DNA of 64,000 nucleotides from a virus (Duplodnaviria > Heunggongvirae > Uroviricota > Caudoviricetes): IMG/VR virus record IMGVR_UViG_3300046516_000964; one strand, given 5' to 3'. Position numbers and translations under genes: made by a program. The notes under the pieces were generated by a model. That model made no database searches, was not told the DNA's origin, and was given only the letters and a program-made list of their open reading frames with translations. Below are positions 37,576 to 45,510 of the stretch, one piece after another (the stretch's first letter is position 1; every line of letters begins with the position of its first letter).

Positions 37576-38004
37576 GTGAAAATCGAGAGTTTCGAAGGGG
37601 AATACCGGTTTCTCTCCAACTTCTACGAGTCCGTGATCGAACGCGAAGGGATTAGGTTCGCGACAGCGGAAGCCGCATATGCAGCCGCCAAAACTGACGA
37701 TCCGACTTGGAAAGCCCGGATCGCTCTCGCTTCATCCCCTAACGCGGCTAAGAAGCTCGGCAGGGGTGCTCCTTTGCGCCCAACGTGGGAGTCGGAGAAG
37801 CTGGTAGTGATGGAGGAGATCCTTCGAATGAAGTTCGCTGACGAGCGGCTGCGAGACAAACTCACTTCGACTGCTCCGGTGGAGCTGGTCGAGGGGAACT
37901 GGTGGGGCGACACGTTCTGGGGTGTCTGTAAGGGAGTTGGGGAAAACCATCTCGGGCGTTTGCTGATGAAAATCAGGGACGAAGGGAGGCGATTTGCCGC
38001 TTAA
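37576..38004 (+). CDS. NADAR-domain (YbiA-like, DUF1768) protein
   Basis: FEGEYRFLSNFY...FATAEAAYAAAK...SSPNAAKKLGRG...RPTWESEKLVVMEEILRMKF...APVELVEG...WGDTFWG...GENHLGRLLMKIR matches E. coli YbiA block for block. Confidence 0.8.
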   Translation: MKIESFEGEYRFLSNFYESVIEREGIRFATAEAAYAAAKTDDPTWKARIALASSPNAAKKLGRGAPLRPTWESEKLVVMEEILRMKFADERLRDKLTSTAPVELVEGNWWGDTFWGVCKGVGENHLGRLLMKIRDEGRRFAA

Positions 38005-38524
38005 AATGGTGATTTCAGGTTTGCAGGATGGGGCGGACATCGCCGGCCTGCGAGCAGCAAAAGCGTGCGGGATCGACACGTTCGGCTATATGCCGAAAGG
38101 GTTCCGTACATTGCACGGCCCGCTCGACTACGAGACGGTGCGGGAGTTCAACGCGGTCGAAACCGAGAGCACCGGATACCCGCTGCGCACCAGGAAGAAC
38201 GTGCAGATGGCGGACGCAACGATCAGGTTGGCGCACAACTGGCGATCCGCCGGTGAGCGCGCGACCCTGAGGTTCATCGAGCAGTACAAGAAGCCTCATT
38301 TCGATGTTCCTCTCGCGCGGAACGACAACGACAGTTGGTCTGTGGGGGGGAAAGGGCTCGGGTATCAGTACTCGTACGCAAAAACGGTGGCCCAGTGGCT
38401 CGTCGATCGTCAGGTGATGGTGGTGAACGTCGCTGGAAACGGGGACGAGTCGATCGAATCGTTCGTGGAGTGGTTCCTCACCTTGGTGTTCTCAGCGGAA
38501 GCGAAGCTGGAAGGTGAGTCGTGA
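37994..38524 (+). CDS. SLOG-superfamily (YpsA / 'MoCo-carrier'-like) nucleotide-binding protein
   Basis: N-terminal VISGLQDGADIAGLRAAKACGIDTFGYMPKG resembles the ISGGQTGxDxAAL...G motif of SLOG / YpsA-type Rossmann proteins; 11-nt overlap with the NADAR gene. Confidence 0.5.
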   Translation: MPLKMVISGLQDGADIAGLRAAKACGIDTFGYMPKGFRTLHGPLDYETVREFNAVETESTGYPLRTRKNVQMADATIRLAHNWRSAGERATLRFIEQYKKPHFDVPLARNDNDSWSVGGKGLGYQYSYAKTVAQWLVDRQVMVVNVAGNGDESIESFVEWFLTLVFSAEAKLEGES

Positions 38525-38922
38525 TTCTCAGATGGTTCGGGTCGAATCCGTGGTCGGACAGCCTAGAACGACAGAACCGCGTGGAGACACCGATGGGGGA
38601 GCGGTGCGTCGAGTGCAACACCCCGATTCGGCCAACGGATCGCGGGGTTCTGACAGCCTGTAGCGAACGCATTTTCGGCGGGTTCGACCTTGACATTGGT
38701 GACCGTGTGATGCGAGTATGTGGGTATCACCTGTCGTGCTGGTTGGAGAGCGTGGTGGGTGGTGTCCCGTCGTTCGAGGTGCTGTCGCGGCTCCCGACCG
38801 GGAACGAGAGGGCCCGATCAACGACCGGAGAAGAGTCGGTGAGCGTGGTCGGGACTGGTTGGCACACAAGTGAGGATCTCGATGAACAAATCAACGAGGG
38901 AGTTTCTGAGGCGGGAGATTGA
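38521..38922 (+). CDS. Hypothetical Cys-containing protein
   Basis: GTGA overlap with the upstream stop; CVECNTP...C...CGYHLSC. Confidence 0.45.
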   Translation: MILRWFGSNPWSDSLERQNRVETPMGERCVECNTPIRPTDRGVLTACSERIFGGFDLDIGDRVMRVCGYHLSCWLESVVGGVPSFEVLSRLPTGNERARSTTGEESVSVVGTGWHTSEDLDEQINEGVSEAGD

Positions 38923-39088
38923 CGCCCGCCGAAGGGGGGTAGTGAAGCGCACCGATTCGGCTAACCGCGGGCTTATGCGTGACCTGGATCGGATGTGCGG
39001 GGGCTCTGAAACAAAGGGGGTAGTTCGTGACATCGGTAGAGACAACAAGAGTGGAGCGGGGGCCACCGTCCTCGTCGAGGGTGCCTAA
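38882..39088 (+). CDS. Hypothetical basic protein
   Basis: Start MNKSTREFL, internal to the listed ORF 38870; overlaps the upstream gene by 41 nt. Confidence 0.35.
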   Translation: MNKSTREFLRREIDARRRGVVKRTDSANRGLMRDLDRMCGGSETKGVVRDIGRDNKSGAGATVLVEGA

Positions 39089-39101
39089 GAAGGATCCTTC
39101 G

Positions 39102-39242
39102 ATGAGAAAGGACGGGAAGTGCTTCGTGTGTCAGAAGCCCCTACCGGGGGTTGCGGTCACGCACGGGGACCCGTTCTGTTCGACGCTTTGCGCGAGATCG
39201 TTCTACGAGCTGGACGTTCGTGCCAGCCCGACCGTCTCGTAG
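39102..39242 (+). CDS. Small zinc-ribbon protein (46 aa)
   Basis: MRKDGKCFVCQKPLPGVAVTHGDPFCSTLCARSFY; RBS AAGAAGGA. Confidence 0.35.
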   Translation: MRKDGKCFVCQKPLPGVAVTHGDPFCSTLCARSFYELDVRASPTVS

Positions 39243-39247
39243 CTTCG

Positions 39248-39261
39248 CGTAACAAGTTACG
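39248..39261. repeat. Palindrome CGTAACAAGTTACG
   Basis: 15 nt upstream of the GTG at 39277. Confidence 0.6.
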
Positions 39262-39276
39262 TCTAGAGAATAGGAG

Positions 39277-40611
39277 GTGTGGGTCTTGCAGATAGAGCAG
39301 GAGACCATGCTCGAAGGGTGGTGGCGCGAATCGAAGAAGAGCTTCGTGTACCCGCCCACCGAGTTTTTCTCGCGTCTCGTGAACCAGCCGAACAGGTACA
39401 CGACAGAATGGACGGATCTCCTGGAACAGGCTGGTGGGGACGAGAAACGAGCAATAGCGATGTGGCATCGGACGAACCCGGGGTTCGAGGTAAGAACGGG
39501 GCCGGAAGGGCAGTTGACGGTTCGCAGCATCGGACGCGGGGTGCAGCCGATCATTGAGCTCGCCCGAGTGGTGTGGCCGGCGTCGCGGAAGCTGGAACCG
39601 TTCGTACTTCTGAACGGGGATGGGTTCGAGGACCGGCTGCTGCAGAACGTGCAGGCGCAACTTCGAGCCCGGGTGCAGAACAGCTTCCCGAGAGTAGACA
39701 TGCGAATGGTGATCCCGTACGCGGCGATGAACGCGGCCCGCTTGGACCCATCCACGATCGAGCCGATCCACGTCAGCACAGACAGACAGGTCTCGAACCG
39801 TGTTGTGGTGCCGAAACCCAGCGAGGCGCTCATGGCCGCGAACAGGATCTCGGGGAAGAACGTTACGGGGACCGGACAAGAGTTCCTGTGGCGCGGCCGT
39901 CTGTACAGGTTCAGGTCCTGGTCCTGGCAGCCGCACCAAGCCCTGGAGATCATGCACCAACCCGATTTCGCTCCGATGGCTGCGTGGCATCAAATCGAGG
40001 ATCTCTCTCAGGAGACCTACTTGGTCGTGGAGCGCATGCACCGCCTGGGCGAGTCCGTGTTCTGGGCTGTGGACGGGAACGGGGAACGCCACCGGTGGCT
40101 GTCGGGGTTCGATCAGTTGGAGAACCCAGCCATGTACTTTCTCGCGCAGCTACCGGACAAGGGCGGGGTGCGTTACATCACCCACGCGATCCGCTTGCTG
40201 GCACCCCCGATCGTGCACAAAGCGCGAAAAGAGGGGAGGCGTGTTTTCCGCCAGGGGGACATCTTTGCCGTTGAAACAGACATGACCAGTGACGACCTGC
40301 GTGACCACCGTGCGTACTACCGCGCGGAGCTGTTCGGCACCGGGAATGGCGGGCTGTCCCCCTTCGCGAGCACGGACGCCGGGTACCGGCTCCGACAGAA
40401 ACTCATGATCTACGGGACCGGGCACACAGCCACGGAAGTGATCCCAACCCCGAGAGGAACGTTTGTGCGAGGGACGATGTTCCACGATCCGATCCTGGAG
40501 AACATTCGTGCGAACAGACCTCCGGAACACCGGCAGGTGGAGATGGACTCGAATGCGTGGTTCCTCGCGGTGCGCAACACGGTGCCGCGTTTGTCAGACA
40601 ACAACAGCTAG
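39277..40611 (+). CDS. Hypothetical protein (444 aa)
   Basis: RBS AATAGGAGG; consistently high GC3. The 311-aa antisense ORF is spurious. Confidence 0.6.
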   Translation: MWVLQIEQETMLEGWWRESKKSFVYPPTEFFSRLVNQPNRYTTEWTDLLEQAGGDEKRAIAMWHRTNPGFEVRTGPEGQLTVRSIGRGVQPIIELARVVWPASRKLEPFVLLNGDGFEDRLLQNVQAQLRARVQNSFPRVDMRMVIPYAAMNAARLDPSTIEPIHVSTDRQVSNRVVVPKPSEALMAANRISGKNVTGTGQEFLWRGRLYRFRSWSWQPHQALEIMHQPDFAPMAAWHQIEDLSQETYLVVERMHRLGESVFWAVDGNGERHRWLSGFDQLENPAMYFLAQLPDKGGVRYITHAIRLLAPPIVHKARKEGRRVFRQGDIFAVETDMTSDDLRDHRAYYRAELFGTGNGGLSPFASTDAGYRLRQKLMIYGTGHTATEVIPTPRGTFVRGTMFHDPILENIRANRPPEHRQVEMDSNAWFLAVRNTVPRLSDNNS

Positions 40612-40623
40612 AGGAGGAGAGAA

Positions 40624-40803
40624 ATGCCGAAGTCAGTAGAAGTGTGTGCGTGCGGCCACAACCTCGACATCGCCGGTGTGTGCCACAACGTGAACTGCCC
40701 GGAAGCGCAGAGAGCAGCAACGATGGACGCGTCCCGTTCGACCGCGAAGGCCACCGCAAGAACACGTCCGTCCGCGTTCACCGCCGGCGGCAGAGTCGAC
40801 TAG
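40624..40803 (+). CDS. Small Cys/His-rich protein (59 aa)
   Basis: Not in the ORF track. RBS AGAGGAGGAGAGAA; MPKSVEVCACGHNLDIAGVCHNVNCPEAQ... Confidence 0.4.
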   Translation: MPKSVEVCACGHNLDIAGVCHNVNCPEAQRAATMDASRSTAKATARTRPSAFTAGGRVD

Positions 40804-40805
40804 CG

Positions 40806-40819
40806 CGTAACTTGTTACG
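40806..40819. repeat. Palindrome CGTAACTTGTTACG
   Basis: 25 nt upstream of the GTG at 40844. Confidence 0.6.
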
Positions 40820-40843
40820 CCAACCAGGAAAGGAGAAACGTGA

Positions 40844-41329
40844 GTGCACTACTTCATTCTGATCGGACCGCTGGTGGAGCTCACAACAGTGGCAGCGATA
40901 CTGGTGTGGAGACACCGAGCGTACCGGAGGTACAGACAGTCGTACCTCTCGATCCAAGCCCAGAGCAGCGCGCTCTCCAGTTCTGTATCGACGCCGTTGA
41001 TACTGACGTATGGACACGCGGAGAGTGGGCATCACCTCAAGGCCGATCTTGCGTCCGCGGGCTACTCGCACAATGTTTCTAGCTGGATCAATGAAGTCCT
41101 AGACCGGGACGCTCAGCTCGTGATCCACGAGGTCGGCGGATCGGAGTACGAGAGAACCGTTGATCTACTCCTGCGCGCCACGAAGTGGTTTGAGAACGGA
41201 AGTCTCTCTCCAGAGAGGATTGAGACTCTCGGTGGCAAAGCCTCCGTTCTCATGAGCTACAACGACTCGCTCAAAAGTCCAGCAGAAGCAAAAGTGTGGT
41301 TCCAGCGCGCGCTCGAACTCAGCTACTGA
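40844..41329 (+). CDS. Hypothetical protein (N-terminal TM helix, helical C-terminus)
   Basis: Its frame has far higher GC3 than the overlapping 40840 frame; RBS GGAAAGGAGAAAC. Confidence 0.5.
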   Translation: MHYFILIGPLVELTTVAAILVWRHRAYRRYRQSYLSIQAQSSALSSSVSTPLILTYGHAESGHHLKADLASAGYSHNVSSWINEVLDRDAQLVIHEVGGSEYERTVDLLLRATKWFENGSLSPERIETLGGKASVLMSYNDSLKSPAEAKVWFQRALELSY

Positions 41330-41351
41330 GCTTGCGGCCCAACACCGCAGA

Positions 41352-41390
41352 GAAGAGCCCCAGGCCCCCCTGGGGCTCTTTCTTCTTAAG
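41352..41390 (+). terminator. Rho-independent terminator
   Basis: AGAGCCCCAGG-CCCC-CCTGGGGCTCT hairpin followed by TTCTTCTT. Confidence 0.6.
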
Positions 41391-41737
41391 CGGAAACGTT
41401 TTGAAAAAGTCAGCAAAACCCAATTGCGAAAAACGGAGCGCAGAGCGTTTGCGCCCCGGCTCTCAGAAGATCAAGTGCATCGCCGCTTCGCTTCGCTCAG
41501 CGCCTGTCTACATGCGAGCGGAAGATCCGCTCAGATCCCCACCCCCCGCCCCCTCCCAAGGAGGAAGCGAAGGGTGGAGCATGCGATCGGTGAGTCCGTC
41601 GTCACACCCACAGCGCGTCCCTAGGCGCGCTCAAGCCCGGTCGTTCTTGCACGAAAAGAAAGGCGGCTCTGACCCGCGACCAGAATAGGACTAGTTGGTG
41701 TGCTACCGTTCGTCCCGGTCGATCCGACACCGCAAGA

Positions 41738-41770
41738 CTAGCGCCCCCGTCAAGGGGGCGCTTTTTTTAT
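41738..41770 (+). terminator. Rho-independent terminator
   Basis: AGCGCCCCC-GTCAA-GGGGGCGCT hairpin followed by TTTTTTTA. Confidence 0.7.
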
Positions 41771-41834
41771 GTCTTGACACACCCGCGCACCCGTACTAGC
41801 TTAAGCGCTCCGATCCTTAAGAGAGGGGAGCGAG

Positions 41835-42524
41835 ATGCTGTACACCGCAACCGTGACGGGCGTGACAGGCCGCACCGTTACACGGAAGAAAGACAACAAG
41901 ACGATCACGATCTACGAGGTCACCGACTCCGCCGGCAACACGAACGCGACGAGTCGGAGGGACATCGCGAACGAAGCCAACAGGCTGCTCAACCAAGTCG
42001 CTGAGTTCCAGGTGCGGGTGGAGCAGAACGGCTCGTACGAGAACCGCTACCTCGATGACATCAAGGCGGCGACAGGGGCGCCGCAGCCGGGCGGTCTGCC
42101 GGCACCACCACCACCACAGCAGGAGGTTGTTGTGCGGCAGGAAGCGATCCCTGTGCAGCAGGCCGCTGTTTCGCCGCCACGCACAGACGATCCCGCGATC
42201 AAGCACGAGGGTGAGGGGACACAGAAGGACTGGTCGATCTGGCGTCAGACCTCCACGAAGGTGGCCGTGCATCTGTCTGCGACACCGCAGGAGTTCTGGT
42301 TCAACGTGCGCCAGCTGATGACGTTCTACGCGACCGGGCTCGAGCCCGACTTGCCTCAGGCAGGCGTAACTAGTTACGCTACCCAGACGCAGCCTTCACC
42401 GGCGGCGCAAGCGCAGAACGCACAGCAGAACCAGTTCATCCCGGATTCAGCGATCGAAGGGGACCCCGGGCCGGCAGGAGGGTGGCCGAGCGACGATGAC
42501 ATCCCGTTCGCTCCCACCTTTTGA
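41835..42524 (+). CDS. SSB-like protein with a C-terminal acidic DDDIPF motif
   Basis: Beta-rich N-terminal domain, a Pro/Gln-rich linker and ...SDDDIPFAPTF near the C-terminus, as in the SSB client-binding tail. Contains an in-frame palindrome copy (GVTSY). Confidence 0.45.
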   Translation: MLYTATVTGVTGRTVTRKKDNKTITIYEVTDSAGNTNATSRRDIANEANRLLNQVAEFQVRVEQNGSYENRYLDDIKAATGAPQPGGLPAPPPPQQEVVVRQEAIPVQQAAVSPPRTDDPAIKHEGEGTQKDWSIWRQTSTKVAVHLSATPQEFWFNVRQLMTFYATGLEPDLPQAGVTSYATQTQPSPAAQAQNAQQNQFIPDSAIEGDPGPAGGWPSDDDIPFAPTF

Positions 42525-42687
42525 CCACGTCTACGCGTGGGGGAACAACTCGGTGCGCGCGAAGCTGAAAGGGAGACGCTGCCGGGTGCTTGTACGAGGG
42601 AGAATGAACAGCATCCTGGTCGAGTTCGAGAATGGATACAAGACAGTGACCAGCAGATACGCGATCAGAGAGGATCGAAGTGCCTGA
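42496..42687 (+). CDS. Hypothetical protein
   Basis: 63 aa; overlaps the upstream gene by 29 nt. Confidence 0.4.
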   Translation: MTSRSLPPFDHVYAWGNNSVRAKLKGRRCRVLVRGRMNSILVEFENGYKTVTSRYAIREDRSA

Positions 42688-42746
42688 TGAGACACGCACC
42701 CTGCTCGTGGAGCAGGGACCTTGGACGACATGAACAAGGAGGGGTT

Positions 42747-43028
42747 GTGAGCCAGCAGGGGTTCGCTGAGGTTCTCGACTGGCTCGCGGAGGAGCGCGGC
42801 TACCAGACCACCAAGTTCAACTACGAGAAAGAGAAGGAACGCCCGGTTGAGTACTGGTTGCAGCAGTTCGCCTCGTATGAGCAGCGCCTACCGCTGTTCG
42901 GGTTGGACAACGCCTCCGGCATCCAGGCTGCGCTTAAGCTCGCGGCCACAGCGGTCGCTCTGTGCGAGCACCTGGCTGACCAGTACGAACTCCCGGCAGC
43001 GGGCTTGCCGTCCGGGTACTTCCAGTGA
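42747..43028 (+). CDS. Hypothetical protein
   Basis: GTG start after the RBS AAGGAGGGG (the listed ORF begins at 42537). Confidence 0.45.
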   Translation: MSQQGFAEVLDWLAEERGYQTTKFNYEKEKERPVEYWLQQFASYEQRLPLFGLDNASGIQAALKLAATAVALCEHLADQYELPAAGLPSGYFQ

Positions 43029-43321
43029 GCGGGCTCCGGGACACCACACTGGGGAACGTCGCCGACATTCCAATCCCGCTCACCCCGGAGCAGAGGGATG
43101 CGATCCGTCGATGCCGATTCTCGTACACCACCCAGTCGAGGGATCACGCGTGGCTGATCTTCGACGACCCGGAGATCATCAAGATCCTCGCGGGGGTGGT
43201 GCGACGCACTGAGACATACACACGTGACCACGTCACGAAGATCACCGAGCATGAAGCACTGATCGCGCACCCCGAAGCGGTCGCCCTGGTGTTGGAGATC
43301 ATGGCGGAGCGAGAGAAATGA
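43025..43321 (+). CDS. Hypothetical protein
   Basis: 98 aa; GTGA overlap with the upstream stop. Confidence 0.5.
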   Translation: MSGLRDTTLGNVADIPIPLTPEQRDAIRRCRFSYTTQSRDHAWLIFDDPEIIKILAGVVRRTETYTRDHVTKITEHEALIAHPEAVALVLEIMAEREK

Positions 43322-43503
43322 TGTGGCTGTGGGTGGTGCTCGCATTCGTGATCGGGGTGTGGTTCGGTGCTCGGATCTGGACGACCGTCGCGCGCAGCTT
43401 CCTCGGCAACAACCCTGATGGGGTTCTCGACAAGCTTGGATACGAGCAACTGAAGAAGCTCGAAGCGAGAGTCAGCGCAGAGATCGCGAAGCGACGAGCA
43501 TGA
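43318..43503 (+). CDS. Small membrane protein
   Basis: MMWLWVVLAFVIGVWFGARIW... TM helix; 4-nt overlap with the upstream gene. Confidence 0.45.
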   Translation: MMWLWVVLAFVIGVWFGARIWTTVARSFLGNNPDGVLDKLGYEQLKKLEARVSAEIAKRRA

Positions 43504-44315
43504 GACTCAGCGGCTTCCATGTCCCGGTCGAGCATCTGAGCGCGAGCTCACTCGCGATGCTGATCCAGTGCCCGGAGATGTACCGACTCAGGTACGTGAA
43601 GAAGATGCCGCAGACGTTCGGGCCCGACAGGTTCATCGGGATCGTCGACCACACCGTCCACGCTGAGAACTTCCAGCAGAAGATCAAGACGGACGAGGAC
43701 ATGGACAGCAACTACATGCTCGGGTTGTACCGCGCCAAATGGGACCTTGCGATCGACAAAGAGGGTGAACCCGAGTGGATGGCGGACGACCCGGACGCAC
43801 TCAAAGAGACCGGGCTGCAGATGATGTCTCTCTACCACGAGCGCGTATCCCCCACCATCCACCCGATCCGTGTGGAGGAGAGGTTCGAGGAGACCCTGCC
43901 CGGCCTGCCCGTTCCGATCATCGGCTACCCGGACGTGGAAACAAACGACAGGATCATCGAGCGGAAAACCTCGAAGAACCGTCTGACGAAACCGAAGTCA
44001 AGGTGGACACTGCAAGGAAGGATCTATTCGATGGTGCTCGACAAACCCGTTGAGTACCAGGTGATCACGAAGCAGAAAACACCGCAGGTGGTCACCGCTG
44101 AGGAGGCACCCGATCTAATGATCGCGAACGGGTACCGGGACGCCACCCTCGAAACACTGGGGCAGGCAGTCCACACCCTCAATGATCTGTGGGCTAGGTA
44201 CGGACCCGACGCAGCGTGGCCCACGAACGGTGTCCTGCACGACTGGCTGTGCGGCTACTGCTTCGCCGGCCCGAAGTACGGCAACCACTGCGTCGCATGG
44301 AAGGAGACAGCATGA
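43500..44315 (+). CDS. PD-(D/E)xK exonuclease (Cas4 / RecB-like)
   Basis: GYPDVETNDRIIERKTSK (D...E.K) plus a C-terminal Cys cluster, LCGYCFAGPKYGNHC. Confidence 0.6.
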   Translation: MRLSGFHVPVEHLSASSLAMLIQCPEMYRLRYVKKMPQTFGPDRFIGIVDHTVHAENFQQKIKTDEDMDSNYMLGLYRAKWDLAIDKEGEPEWMADDPDALKETGLQMMSLYHERVSPTIHPIRVEERFEETLPGLPVPIIGYPDVETNDRIIERKTSKNRLTKPKSRWTLQGRIYSMVLDKPVEYQVITKQKTPQVVTAEEAPDLMIANGYRDATLETLGQAVHTLNDLWARYGPDAAWPTNGVLHDWLCGYCFAGPKYGNHCVAWKETA

Positions 44316-44494
44316 ACATGGGCATGGCCGAAAACGAGATGAACGAGAAACTCGCGCGCCTCCACAATGAGTCGATTCATGACGACGGGTGCGCGACCAT
44401 GTATCCGGGAGGGAAGTGCAACTGCACACAGAAGGGTCTTCGTCGCGCCAACTTCACGTACCCGCACGTTCCTCTCAACCCAGCGTCGAAGTGA
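44312..44494 (+). CDS. Hypothetical protein
   Basis: ATGA overlap with the upstream stop; RBS GGAAGGAGAC. Confidence 0.4.
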   Translation: MNMGMAENEMNEKLARLHNESIHDDGCATMYPGGKCNCTQKGLRRANFTYPHVPLNPASK

Positions 44495-45135
44495 CCAAGC
44501 TTCCGACCGAGTCCTGGGATATGCAGGGGCTGGACGGACCTGCGTTCAAGGTGGGCCCGTACTGCAGTGTCCCCGGCTGCCACAAGATCTCTGAGCACGC
44601 CCACCACATCGTCCGTCGATCATTCCTTCCTGGTGACTTCCAGGACTGGGTGCGGATGCCCGACGGTGTCGAGGTGGGGAACCTCACCGGCATGTGCGTG
44701 AACCACCACCAGATGGTCACCGAGAACGTCGCGGCGATCACGTACGACAACGGGGTGTTCTACTGGTCGATGGGTGGTGCCGCGATCAACGTGCTCGCCT
44801 ACCAGCCCCCCAAGATGGGGGACACGAGCGAAGCCGACGTTCACACACGAGAACAGAAGCCCGTGTGCCCTGGTTGTGGGCGCGCCCTACCGAAACCGAA
44901 GATCGAAACCGCGACCGAGGAGAAGAAGAACCGTGCCACCTGGGCCATCTCAGTGCCGGCAGACGAGCGCGAGAACGGCTACGAGGTTCTCGACACCCTG
45001 CTCGAAGAGGTGCGTGACGAGCTCGACAAAGCAGGACTCCACTACGACAAAGGCAACAAGGTGCGGTACTACCCGCTCGCCACAGCCCTGGCTCTGTTCG
45101 TCCAGAACGCCGACCGAATCCTGAGCGATGAATAA
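44490..45135 (+). CDS. HNH endonuclease
   Basis: CSVPGCHKISEHAHHIVRRS...CVNHH...CPGCG: HNH core flanked by Cys pairs. Start is ambiguous (GTG 44490 or ATG 44521). Confidence 0.6.
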
Positions 45136-45319
45136 GACCTCACCGAACTGGGCTGACAAACCGGTAGGTCTCTGCCCGTCGTGCGGGTCGCAACTTGTCC
45201 GCGCCGGTCACGAGAACCGCGGGGAAGGCCCAACGGCTGGACGCTACTCGTGCATGAACCAGTCGTGCTCCGACCGTCGCTGGTTCAACCGCTCCGGTGA
45301 GCCGAGGTTCGGAGGGTGA
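45128..45319 (+). CDS. Small zinc-ribbon protein
   Basis: CPSCGSQ...CMNQSC. Confidence 0.4.
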   Translation: MNKTSPNWADKPVGLCPSCGSQLVRAGHENRGEGPTAGRYSCMNQSCSDRRWFNRSGEPRFGG

Positions 45320-45510
45320 AACTGATGAATAGGAGAGTCCCCAACGACGCTGTCGATGCGCTGACGATGGAGGCGTGGGTTTGGCCCCTGACTCGTTTTG
45401 AACTCATGCGACAAATCCTCTTCGGATACAAGCGCTGTGAGATCTGCTGCAACGGCGAACACACCACTGCTCAATGCTGGGTGCGCTACGTCACAGGACA
45501 ACGTCGTTGA
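45316..45510 (+). CDS. Hypothetical protein
   Basis: 64 aa; GTG or ATG start. Confidence 0.4.
   Translation: MKLMNRRVPNDAVDALTMEAWVWPLTRFELMRQILFGYKRCEICCNGEHTTAQCWVRYVTGQRR

Noticed and set aside
39157-40092. 311-aa and 270-aa minus-strand ORFs inside 39277..40611
   Set aside because: Antisense artefacts of the 444-aa plus gene, which has high GC3 and a strong RBS.
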